Positions 24,245 through 35,168 of a stretch of 64,000 bases of DNA are shown one piece after another; within the stretch, counting starts at the first letter, position 1; every line of letters starts with the position of its first letter. The DNA is from Schizochytrium sp. TIO01 (taxonomy: Eukaryota > Protista > Bigyra: Labyrinthulomycetes): positions 496,001 to 560,000 of the forward strand of contig SMSO01000035.1 in the NCBI GenBank assembly GCA_004764695.1, in the 5' to 3' direction. The notes beneath the pieces were generated by a model that had not been told where the DNA came from, did not search any database, and saw only the letters and a program-made list of their open reading frames with translations. Made by a program: the position numbers and the translations under genes.

Positions 24245-24287
24245 TCAAACTTGAGCTTGAACTCTCAAACTTGAGCTTGAACTCTCG
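24245..24287 (+). repeat. Second copy of the 20-bp array (TCA + 2 units AACTTGAGCTTGAACTCTC[A/G])
   Basis: Units at 24248 and 24268 match the 20961/20981 units; the last base of the second unit is G. Confidence 0.95.
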
Positions 24288-24621
24288 AGTCGACCGTTTC
24301 AGAAGTTTACGCGATGACGCGCGACGATGGGGCACCGCAGCGGTGGGAATCCATGAGTCTGGGCTTGCGCAGTTTCATGTCCACTGTGGTTCCACTGTGC
24401 GACGGCCACTCGAGTTGCCCATGGCTAGGTACTCGAACCGCTTCATCGGAGCGACAAACAGCACGCATGTGCGGCGTGGCCTACGCCACCAAGTCAGGTA
24501 TGCTGAGAAGGAGGTAGATTGGATTGGATTTGGTCAAGAGGTCAGAGGTTTTTCCTAGCACGTAGCGTAAAATGACTCCGAATTCTCCGACTCACTCAGA
24601 AGAGGATGACTCAGGAGAAGC

Positions 24622-24972
24622 CTAGCTAGAAGAGCTAGATGACCCGGTCGCGACCGCAATTGTTTGAGTCGAAGACAGGTTTGACTGGTTTACGCGGGTG
24701 TTTCGCTGGCAAATGAGACTGGGGCCGAGACTATTACTAGCTCCATCAAATGCATTAAAACAAAAGGTGGTCCACCGAGCATCACTTGTGGTGCTCACAG
24801 AATCTGTTGTGAACAAAGCAACCATGAGCGAAATGCTCACGAGACTGTCTGAGTTTGCATTGAGTGTGAAGGCACCTGTCGTTGAGTTATAAGTGACACA
24901 CTGAGTAATTGTCTTGAAACTACCATTGAAAAGCACGCCGGTTCCGATGACTACGCCTGTCCGGTTGCTCGT
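24622..24972 (-). pseudogene. Fragment of a C1q/BclA-C-like beta-sandwich, as in viral fibre/collagen tip domains
   Basis: No ATG start. Beta-rich, S/T-rich sequence GVLFNG...VTYNSTTGAFTLNANSDSLVSISLMV contains the 'Y-x-x-x-TG-x-FT' pattern. Confidence 0.35.
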
Positions 24973-26063
24973 TCAAGATTTCCATGTTGCCTTTGGTTTC
25001 GGGTAGGAGGTCCCTGAATGCCCAGGATATGGACCGTTACGTCATGCGCAAAAGTCTCCCGAGGGGGTCTTCACGTGAGACAACAGCCCTGGGCTCTCGC
25101 TGCCAGCCAGGGGCCCCTGGAATAAGTCGGAATAGCTAGAGAAAAGCATCAGGAGTACCTGGTAGTGCTCGTGCGCCAGCAGGCATCAAACGCGAGCTGT
25201 CTTGTAGTTCCTCAGCAAGCTTGGATCCTCGACTCAAGTGCAGACTAGTTCTTGCTACACTAGACCTCGAGTACACACCTTCAAAGGCAGCGGATGATAA
25301 ATTCATACCTTCGAACTTGGACTGTGGCTTGGTGCGAGTTGAAGTCAGCAAAATCACGATCTAACTGTTCGTGGTTGAGCAGAGCTTGCAAAGGAGTATG
25401 GGAATGCTATTTCCCGGTTGTCCTGACACTGAACAATGATGCGATTGAGGTTGGGAACCCCGTCGCGCAGTCCTATCAAGAACTCTTTCGGAAGAAGATA
25501 GGCGAAGTAGTATCATCATCTAAGGGTCTTGTCTACCAAAATTGCCTATAACTATCGGTTGCAGGATGCAATTACTTATTCCGTATGCAACCTGAAGGAG
25601 GGCTTTTTCTTGCAGCTTCTTGCGGAGACTTACCTTCTTCTCATTTGTGCTCTTTAATGTGCTCTTTAAAAAAATAAACCAGGTTATCCCAAACCGTAAT
25701 TTAGATGTGCGGTAATGGGTGAAGAAAGATTGGATTGTTATTCTTTTTTTGTTCCTATTTGCAATGAGAAAAACCTCCGCGTCACGACATAGAATAGTTC
25801 GACTAGCTACTTCGAAGAAATTATGCCTCGCCTAGCCTAGGCAGTATGGTTAGGTATGATGAGTATTCTCGCAGGTCATTATCGACGATCTCGGACTCAG
25901 ATATGTGAAAGAGGTGTCCCTCCTATGAAAGTTACCAGTTGTTACCTAGTCCCTAACTATCTTATACTAGACACCAAACAATCTATTCTAATTTTAGGTA
26001 CTACAATCATTTACAAACATTTACTATCTTCACTGATGTGTGATGAATAACGAATGGCACCCA

Positions 26064-26110
26064 ACTACCTACGTACGTACCTACCTACGTACCTACCTAC
26101 GTACTACCTC
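26064..26110. repeat. CTAC/GTAC mixed microsatellite
   Basis: actacctacgtacgtacctacctacgtacctacctacgtactacct. Confidence 0.85.
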
Positions 26111-26870
26111 AAACAAATCAAAGCATCGAGATGTTGAAGAGCTCAACTTCTTCTTCTTCTTCTTCTTCTTTAGGTGCGCCTGGCAAAGTATCACTCGGGT
26201 CTAGAGCATTCCTGCCTGTCCATACTGAGCGTCGACGATGCATATTCTCCACTCATATCTCACAGATAAAAATCGAAGTGGCCATTCATTTTGCATCTTC
26301 AGAGGGTGAAATCGCGAAACTGTGCTTCAAAGGAATTACTGCCTCTTGTAAGGTGCGGCTTTGCAGTTTCTAAAATCTGGGGCTCCAGCCAGCTCCATAG
26401 GCGGCACAGTGAAGCTGCTGAGCAAAGAGAACGCCTCTAGTTTGTGCATGGCTCCTGGCAGACGCCATTGACGTCATGATTCATCAATCAACTTTGGCAT
26501 CAATCGATGGGCTGCTCGGATCGTCGGAGATCTTGAGCGCAAACTGACGCTGAGGAGAAGTGCACACCATAGATGCACCCACTCTTACAATCCTTCTAGG
26601 TTTGTGTAGGCTGTGGGACACAATGCATCGTTGATGATGATATTAATAATTAAAAACTTCGCTTAAACACGCTTCCAAATAACTTCAGAGACTCTCCTTC
26701 TGGCAGAACCAACCCTATGTCTTGTTTTGTCAGGATTGCAGGACTTTGCATAGAGCTACGTGCCTCTCCACCTTGATTGTGTCTTACGACACGCCAAGGA
26801 TAGGAGATTTATCCTAAACCGGCAAATTCCTAGCAGAACTTGAACGAAACAGAGGGGAGAAAGAAAACTG

Positions 26871-26910
26871 ATTCATTCATTCATTCATTCATTCATTCAT
26901 TTATTTATTC
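26871..26910. repeat. (ATTC)n microsatellite
   Basis: Directly visible in the sequence. Confidence 0.9.
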
Positions 26911-28460
26911 AATGTTTCATACACCCAAGAAGCACTCGCTGGTAAGACTTATACCTACCACTCCAGGTGTATAACCTGTAGAATGATTATAGTAATACCT
27001 GCCTGCAGATTAGATCACAAACTCCGAGTCAGCGGCCATCTTCTCACTTACCTCAAAGTTTCATCAACTTCTCTCCTGGGGGTGTGCACCACGACTTTAA
27101 TTTTTTAAACTTTTTTAGAATAAATACACTAAAAAAAATAATTTTTAAACTTTTATTTTGAAAAGTGAAAGTTATGGTTGAACAACAAATGTTTTTATGC
27201 ACTAATTCCTGAAATGCCTAGTTATATAAAATCTTTAAATTAAAATTAAAAAAAAAAAAAAAAAAAAAACAGGCCTAAATAGATCATTGTACATGAGCTT
27301 GCTCTTTACGAGTGACGATTGTGCCGATCGTGAAACAAGCGACGATGTACATCATACCATCAGCTCAGCCAGGCAGCCATTCTGATCCTGTTGGTGGTAT
27401 TCATGAGCTCTGCCATCAGAGACTTCTCCGCCATGATTAAGGTAATCGTGGCATCTCCTGTCCTGGTGGCGAGCAGAAAGAAACCTGTGCCTTCTGTGAT
27501 TGGGCGTTCCCTTCGAAGAGTTCGCATGCCCGCTTCTCCCTGAGCCCCCGGGAGGCCTTCAACTCGCCAGATGCCGTCTCGTGATCAGTCAGTAAGCCAT
27601 TTCAAGAGCAATGCAGACAAGGACGGCCTCGAACGCCTCATCTTCTCGCGACGCCCATGCCTACGCACAGCTGCCTCGGTTTGCGCAGTTCTCCGTGGCG
27701 TGGTCAGGGCCTCCCCTCGCCAAATGTGCGATCCGCAAGCAAAAGCAATCTCGTCCTTCAGGAGAGTCATCGAGAGTCATCCTTACTCTGTAGAGAGAGG
27801 TCTCAGCCGCGACCGTGTCGACTTTGCACCGCTGCGATGTCCGCTGATCTTCGCAGACTGTGGCTTGTCTGGCCATCCCTTCGAACCGCTCGCGAGGCCA
27901 ACCGCCTCAATCATCGCTGCGTTAGCGTCGCGGTCCATGAGATCAAAGCCACTGCGGACTTCGAGGGGTCCTCAGACCCTCCGCGCACACACCCCGCCTC
28001 CGCGTCCTCGATGTTAGGACCTGCCTAGCCGCCTCTATCGATAGGGGTCCCCGCAAGATGTTTCGCTGATTCGATATCTGAGAGAGAGAGAGAGAGAGAG
28101 CCAAAGCTGATGGGAACGAAGGCTGAAGAAGCGCCGCCCTTCAGGTGTTTGTTGTGCAGGTCCGCCTCTTCGCTGGCCCGAGACCCGTCCCTCCCAGCGC
28201 AAGGGATGCCGCCTTTTGCCACGCGTGCACTGATCCCTGCCGCGCGTTGATGCGCCAGGTCTGGCTGGCCAGCTTCGAGTTCCTGCCTCCATCCTGTTGC
28301 TATGCCGGTCAGTTGTCCTGGTCTTCCTTCCTCTGTCGCGGCTTTTAAGAGGATTGGAAAGGCCTAAAACCATTGTCAGTAACGAAGATCAAAGAAAGAT
28401 TCTTTCTTTCTCTCTTTTCTTTCTCTCTTTTCTTTCTCTCTTTTGTTTGTTTGTTTGTTT

Positions 28461-28595
28461 GTCTAGTTTTGTCTAGTTTTGTCTGGTTTTGTCTGGGTTT
28501 GTCTAGTTTTGTCTGGTTTTGTCTGGGTTTGTCTGGGTTTGTCTGGGTTTGTCTGGGTTTGTCTGGTTTGTCTGGTTTTGTCTGGGTTTGTCTGT
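28461..28595 (+). repeat. 10-bp minisatellite GTCT(A/G)G(G/T)TTT, ~13 copies
   Basis: Variants gtctagtttt, gtctggtttt and gtctgggttt in tandem. Confidence 0.93.
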
Positions 28596-29799
28596 TTCTT
28601 CAAGTTGATTGATAACACTGATTTTATAGAATACCGCAGCCGTGAGTAATCGCGATAGATTGTTCGATCTCTAGAGTAGATTTTTTTGATTCAAGCTAAA
28701 AGCCCTCAGCGTACCCACTTCTACCGAGTTGGGTAGGTGAGAGTGTTTATACTGTTTATTCCCATTCCATGGTCACTCGAGACGTGCGTAACCAGAGAAC
28801 TCGGGTTCTGTAATTCGTGCGAAAGCTTTCGGCCTCGTTCCCTCTGCCTCGGACGAATTGGAGCCCTCTCAGGCCGCTTCTCAGCGCCCCCTCTCCGAAA
28901 CAAGGCATCTTCAAACCCAGCCTGGTCTGCCCTCAGCGCGCGGCCGCTCCTCTCGCGCCTTTCCTGTGTCCCGTTGTGCTGGAGAGCATCGTTTTCGTTG
29001 CCCATTTCTTTTCTTTCTTTTCTCTCTTTCTTTCTTTCTTGTTTTTCTCTCTTTCTTTTTTTTTTCAGTTCTTTCTGGCTGAAGGTACATTATTGGGTTT
29101 TCCTTTTGGCCTTCTTTACCCTCTTCTTGACTCGATAGGATCGTCATTGTAACTTTACTTTGTCGCAAGAAAACCACGAAACAACCCGGAGAAGAAAGCA
29201 GACAGCGCAGGACTCGGCCTCGGCATTTCGCGTAAGCGCGCAGACCTGTAGGCGGGACACCCATAGCGGCGGCTTTGCGCCCTCTTCGCTCCAGACTCTT
29301 GATACTCAGCAGCTTCTTCTTTTCTTTGTTTTCTTTCTGTTTAAGGTTTTTTTTTTTTTTTTTTTTAAATAGTTTTATGATAAAATAATGCTTTTAGATA
29401 ATGTTGACCACACAATGATTATAGCCGAGTACACTAAAGCATGATAAAAGTGGCCTATAGAAAGGTACATCGTCGTAAACTCAGATAAAAAGCAGTTGTC
29501 TCTATCAATCAATCAGCACGTAGTACTACGAGTTGGCTGGTTAGTTAGTTAACTAGCTAGCTAGTTGGCTTCCAATCATAGTAGGTACAGGGAGAGAGAG
29601 ATGCCTCGATTTCTTCGCTCAAGTCCAACTTGCGGCAAGTTGAAGTACCGTTCAGCAATCAGTTCCCCGCTCAGATAGGCGTAGAAGGCTCGAGGAACGA
29701 AGTCGCTGACGGACTCTGCCCCGGCCTCCCCTTTCCTGCCTGGCGTCGCACTTTATAGCGCAGATAGACGATAGATGATAAAGAGATAAAGAGATAGAT

Positions 29800-29847
<48 letters not shown>
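29800..29847 (+). repeat. (GATA)12 microsatellite
   Basis: Directly visible, with degenerate GATA units upstream. Confidence 0.95.
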
Positions 29848-30067
29848 CCCGTCTTTCTAAATCGCCGCCTATCATATATGATGGTCATACAATTCAAGGC
29901 TGAGCTTGGGATCAGAACGAGCTTCGAAGCCTGGGTCCCTGAGACCTGCTGGATCAGGTGGCTTCGTGTTGGCTTGCTTTTGCTTGCTGAGCAGAGAGAA
30001 ACAGACGCAGAGGCGGGAGAAAGAGAAGCTTAGGCAGAAGAAGAGAGAAGCGCACCTCAGCAGAGAG

Positions 30068-30170
<103 letters not shown>

Positions 30171-30900
30171 ACCTGAAAAGAAAAGTATGGTGAACGAGAG
30201 AGAAAGAACTTACGAGAGCAGGGATAAAGGAAGGAAGGAGGCACATTATAATGGTCATCTGACTCATATGAATATGCGGCATCGATGGGTGATAGGAATA
30301 TCGATAGTGGAAACAATAAGAACTTTACTAATTCAAGAGGTTCCCAAATCATTACTATTGTTTTTTCTGTTTTTCTGTTTTTTCTTAGCTACTTACTAGT
30401 ACTATTGATATATTTCGACACATTTAAAAAAAAATATTAAAAAATATAAAAAATGGAAAACCAAATGAAAAAGGATGGATGAATGAATGAGTGATTAATT
30501 GATCAAGTTTCAAGGCACGTCGTTATTAGAGATACCATCAATCGTCAAATGGAAATCGCCTAGTCGACGCCTTGCTCTGTCAAAGGTAGGTACCCTCATC
30601 GCTGGGTGCCAACTCCTCTCCTTCTACCCGATCAGCACAGGGCCGCGCAGCGTCCGTGCCAGCTTGCTTGCGTGAGTTCGTGAGGACATATACATGACAT
30701 AGAAGTCTATTTTTTCTGTTCAAAGTTGGTAACCAGATAACGAAGACCTCTCCTCCTAAAACACGCCAACACACCTCCACTACCTTCACACACAGAACCC
30801 AAACCAAATATCGGCAAGATCACCTCTTCGTCGCCCTTACGCACTTCGGCAACCCCTTAGTTTACCTTCTTCTGTCTACTCTGCCTAGTCTTCATCCGCC

Positions 30901-33816
30901 ATGGCGCAGGCCGAGGCCATCTCCATGGCGGAGGACGACGGCCCTACGAGCGACGATGACAACAGGATCCATGTGAACTCTAACACTAACTCCTCTTTGA
31001 CCGCTGGCATCTCGGAGCGGCACCGCTCTGGGTCTCTTGGTAACCTCGGCTCAAGTCCTTTAACAAGCCTCCCTGGAGTGCCAAAGACGATTCCAAGGCC
31101 AAGTGACGCTTTGAGACGCGCCAAGGCCTCTGCAAAGGCCTCTGCAAAAACTGCCACACAGAGGATGCGCGGTATGAAGAAGAGTAATTCAAAGCACCTT
31201 AAGCAAATGGGCAAGTCTGCGAAACTTTCCAATGCCTCAGGTCTCGGCGTGCGAAATATTCAAATGTGTGGCTACATGTACAAGCGTCGCAGTGGGATGA
31301 CAGGTTTAGCGGCCTCTATCTTGCATCAAGCTGAATCCTGGACGGAACGCAAATTTGGCGGAAGGCTATGGGTCCTCAGATACTTTGTACTCCACAATGG
31401 AGTCATCTATTACTACGATGCTCCCAAAAGGGTACGCGAAGCTGACGCCGCTAGTGAAGAGTTCTTAGACGAGCTTAACGAAGACTTCACCCCAGAACCC
31501 GGATCAGAAAGAGGCTCGATAGACCTTCTTAAATATGGTGTGCAATTGAGAGTGTATTATGCTCATGGATCCACTGATAGGAGCAGCTCTCTGCACGCTG
31601 GAAATGCGGAACGATCAAGGAGTCCTGGAGCTTACGATGGAGCTAACCAAGGAGATAGTGATGACGGTAGTGGCAAACTCTCATACACAACAACAGCGCC
31701 TTCGGTGTCACCGCCTGTGGTTGATGGTCTAATGGAGTTTGGTGCTGCCGATTCATCACAGGTGGACCAACCAGCGTCGCCCCCGTTGAGACGACCTCGG
31801 CATACGAGTGGGAATTCTGGCAAACACCTTTTGGCGGGGTCGCGAAGTTCCACTGCCGAGTCTGTGCCATACACGTCAAGTGGACAGGCTACTGTTGCGG
31901 GAGCTGATGATCTTGGACGTATGACACCCCCACTCCCAAATTCAATATCGAGTAACAATTCTAGTGCAAACGCGCACAACATAGCGGGTGGTGTGGTGGC
32001 AGTTTCCGAGCCAAATAGTCCCTCTGCAAATGACACAAAATCCCCCAGCCCTTTGCAACTTGAGATTACGTACAACAATGTTCGCAACCCGAAAGAATGG
32101 CAGTCCTGGACACTTTGTGCAGTAGACCGAAGATCTCTGTTCCAGTGGATTCAAGCTCTCACTGCTGTTGTATATGTCGATCGAGGCCTTCCTAATGCAA
32201 TTGATGATGACTCGGACGATCAGGAAAGTGACCTCACGGAATGCACTACATCAGATATTCCTGGTGTAACTGACAAGTCACTATTGATCAGCCCTGGGCC
32301 TGGTGACGAAGAGTACTACGCCGGGGATGATGAAGATGCTTTCCACTCCTATGAAGAACACTCATTAAAATCCGCCGATGAAGCTAGCTCAGACGGTCAC
32401 GATCTGCTCGCATCTGCGCCACGCCAGCTATACCGCGGCTCCCCTGAACCTGTCAAGGAAAGTTGGATTCCACAGTTTCTAAAAACTCTTCTTGAGACCC
32501 TTCGTGGAAACCAAATGGATCTCGCTATGGCGCTTTGTATTTCCAACCTCTTGCTTCTCAGTTTTTACGAACTTCGGCCTGTTTTGGCTATGTTTGTTTT
32601 GACACTTATAAACCTTATCATTATTCGCCAGATTAAAGATCAGAGTGACAACAACGCCTCAGCGTCGGGAAGATTCCATGAACCCCATTCGCATCACCAC
32701 GGTCGCCGGGAAAATTCAATTGATTCTATCTCAAGTGGATCATCTTCTCTCATCGTACCACCTGGGGCCTCAAGATCTTCGAGGAGGAGAAGCACTCTAG
32801 CAGGGGCTGATTCTGACAACGTAAGATCTGCCACCAGGAGGGACTCCTCTTCAGGAGATCCCTCTACCTCTGCACGGGGGGCTGACAGTGTCAAGTTCTC
32901 GGAACCGCAAGATCGTATCAGCCACCATCACCATCATCACCACCATGGGAAATCTCACCATCACATTGGTCCGAACGGTAAACTGATTGGCGGTACAACA
33001 GTTCCTTATGCAAGTGCTGAAGATATCAAGTCTCAAAACCTTGAACATGTCTGGTCTGACTGCGATGGTACTTTCCTAAAGGTGCGCTGTGGCCCAAATT
33101 ACAAAGCCAATAAATCAAAGATAGAGACTGAACCTGCACTATTCCGCACAATTGGCGTTGACCTCTTTAGTTCTGAGAAAAAGATCATGGGTTTGCTAGG
33201 AAGGCTCAATGCTCCAATGGACAAATGCGTCCCGGCTGAACAATTGCCAAAAGGCTTTCCGCGTTTGTTGGTCTTCAACTTCCAGCTGCCTCTCCCAAGC
33301 ATTTCTTCGCTAGTGTCAAGTGATGGTAAAGGTTATAATTTTGCCATATATCTCACCCCGACCCAGGATCTTATCAATGCCCTGGCTACGATGCAAAAGG
33401 GTGGAGAAGTAGAACCTGCAGTGCGTTTGCTGGATCGCTGGTTCCGTACTGCCGAGCAGGATAACGTAATGAAAGAGCGCCTAAAGCTTGTTGGATATAT
33501 TCTTAAGTCATTTGAGTCTGGCTTGCCAGGATGGACCACATCATTTAATGGTAAGCCAGTCTTGATCAAGAAGTCTGGTGTCATTTATAGAGACAGCGAA
33601 GTTTTTGAAGTTGATATGGACATGCGCCAGTGGGGTATTCTTACGCGAAAAGGTATTGGTGCTCTACTTCCTTCTGCGTTAGAAAAGATGGAGTTTCTGG
33701 TATCATTTGTGATCCAAGGTGAGGAAGACGATGAACTCCCTGAGCGAATCACAAGTGCTACGCAGTTCTCTTTCATTGACCATAAGCGTGCGATCCCCTT
33801 TCCGTACCAGCTTTAA
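30901..33816 (+). CDS. PH domain + transmembrane hairpin + EDR2 C-terminal (DUF1336) domain protein
   Basis: PH: CGYMYKR...WVLRYFVLHNGVIYYY and WTLCA...QWIQAL. Hydrophobic pair at about aa 540-580. EDR2_C: WS...FLKVRCGPNYKANKSKI...VDLF...NFQLP...NGKPVL...EVDMD...FVIQGEEDDELPERI. Confidence 0.85.
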   Translation: MAQAEAISMAEDDGPTSDDDNRIHVNSNTNSSLTAGISERHRSGSLGNLGSSPLTSLPGVPKTIPRPSDALRRAKASAKASAKTATQRMRGMKKSNSKHLKQMGKSAKLSNASGLGVRNIQMCGYMYKRRSGMTGLAASILHQAESWTERKFGGRLWVLRYFVLHNGVIYYYDAPKRVREADAASEEFLDELNEDFTPEPGSERGSIDLLKYGVQLRVYYAHGSTDRSSSLHAGNAERSRSPGAYDGANQGDSDDGSGKLSYTTTAPSVSPPVVDGLMEFGAADSSQVDQPASPPLRRPRHTSGNSGKHLLAGSRSSTAESVPYTSSGQATVAGADDLGRMTPPLPNSISSNNSSANAHNIAGGVVAVSEPNSPSANDTKSPSPLQLEITYNNVRNPKEWQSWTLCAVDRRSLFQWIQALTAVVYVDRGLPNAIDDDSDDQESDLTECTTSDIPGVTDKSLLISPGPGDEEYYAGDDEDAFHSYEEHSLKSADEASSDGHDLLASAPRQLYRGSPEPVKESWIPQFLKTLLETLRGNQMDLAMALCISNLLLLSFYELRPVLAMFVLTLINLIIIRQIKDQSDNNASASGRFHEPHSHHHGRRENSIDSISSGSSSLIVPPGASRSSRRRSTLAGADSDNVRSATRRDSSSGDPSTSARGADSVKFSEPQDRISHHHHHHHHGKSHHHIGPNGKLIGGTTVPYASAEDIKSQNLEHVWSDCDGTFLKVRCGPNYKANKSKIETEPALFRTIGVDLFSSEKKIMGLLGRLNAPMDKCVPAEQLPKGFPRLLVFNFQLPLPSISSLVSSDGKGYNFAIYLTPTQDLINALATMQKGGEVEPAVRLLDRWFRTAEQDNVMKERLKLVGYILKSFESGLPGWTTSFNGKPVLIKKSGVIYRDSEVFEVDMDMRQWGILTRKGIGALLPSALEKMEFLVSFVIQGEEDDELPERITSATQFSFIDHKRAIPFPYQL

Positions 33817-35168
33817 CTTTTTTAACTGGGAATTTATTCCAGGATAAGGGCGTGTTCAATATTTCAGACTGACCCGCCCGAACACAAATTTGCCTCCATC
33901 TCTCTAGCTTTGCTTCATTTTATTTTTGCTCACTAGTATTTAAGGCGATGCACAAGTACAAGGAAAGAGTTGAAGACTTTTGATATATATACTATATATA
34001 TAATTTGAAAAAAACATAGACCTTTGGTGGAGTGTACTCTAAACTAAAACCTGAGTTCACCTTTCTTTTCTAGCAGAAGAAGCCCCTGGACTTTCCCTAC
34101 TATGTTATGATTCGGATACTGTGAAAGTATTCTAAATGAATTTTATTTTCCTGCTCATACAGTTCAATCTGTCCGTACTCATCCCAAGGATAGCATCTAA
34201 CAATCACCATAGTTCAAAAGTCAGAATGGAAAATGAGCCATTTCATTATGTAGAATCGGTATCTATGACCAGAAACTGCTAACATACACAATATATTTCA
34301 TTGCGACACTCGTATAGTCACTTCATAAGCTTAATATTGTCAGCCCACACAGGCGCACACCATTCCTTGCTTCCTCCCAGCGTTTCAGACCAGCCCGCCC
34401 CGCGGAGGTCTCTTCTAATACGGTGCAAAACATATATGTTTTCACTACTATACGGACGGAGGAGAACGGACATCCATCTTGTCTCTTTTGACGAGTTAAT
34501 GAATTTCTCATCTTGTCTTTTCACTCCCCACTAAAGAAAACAGACATGAAAACTTGTTCTTTTTTTCTTTACGCTCCACAAAATTAAATTTTCGGTATCC
34601 ACCCAGATCGAGATCCCGCGCTGCTCGAAAGCTTGCTTAGCTATACTACCATGGTAATTTCATTCACTCCACATTATAGGGGTGCTGCGCAGGGGTACAT
34701 CTAATAGCTGTCCTCAGCAGGAGCAACGGAATTGAAACTGTCAGTTCAGCTATAGTAGTGTTGTTACTAAAACCTGTAGGAGTCCAGGTTAGCGATGGGA
34801 GATGACTTTGGTTAAGTTGGGGTGTCATTTGTATTTTTGTAGTTAGGTATTATGTTACCTTAGTAGAGGTCGATTGTTTTGTATTGCTACCTCCTATAAT
34901 GCACTACATTGTCTAGTACAAATGTGGTTGCTGATGTCAATTTCTTTGGCGCAGCAGTACTTGTAGAACTTGACGAGTGCGTGACGCAGTCGTTCAAGGG
35001 TGGGTAACGAGGTCAGAAACATTCGCACTAATTGGCGAACCTAGCGATTCTCTGAGGTGGCTGCTGCCGCTGCTACTGTGCTGGTTAGTGTTGACAAAAC
35101 CCTTTTGGTCTTTTGGTTTGGGACGACACAAAACAGGTCTTGTCAAATCGAAAGTGATTACTGACATC

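Noticed and set aside
20901-24287. CRISPR array
   Set aside because: The 20-bp units are contiguous with no unique, regularly sized spacers, there are no cas genes, and the context is eukaryotic.
19780-25200. Autonomous transposon, Fanzor/TnpB, polinton or complete provirus
   Set aside because: No transposase, RuvC, integrase, polymerase, packaging ATPase or capsid motifs and no terminal inverted repeats were recognised.
28461-28595. Interstitial telomeric repeat
   Set aside because: The unit is 10 bp (GTCTGGGTTT variants), does not match TTAGGG/TTTAGGG, and is treated as a minisatellite.
28760-28900. Structured ncRNA (AATTCGT/ACGAATT stem, GAAAGCTTTC palindrome)
   Set aside because: The stems are short and carry no tRNA, 5S, snRNA, RNase P or ribozyme signature; an Infernal/Rfam search would be needed.
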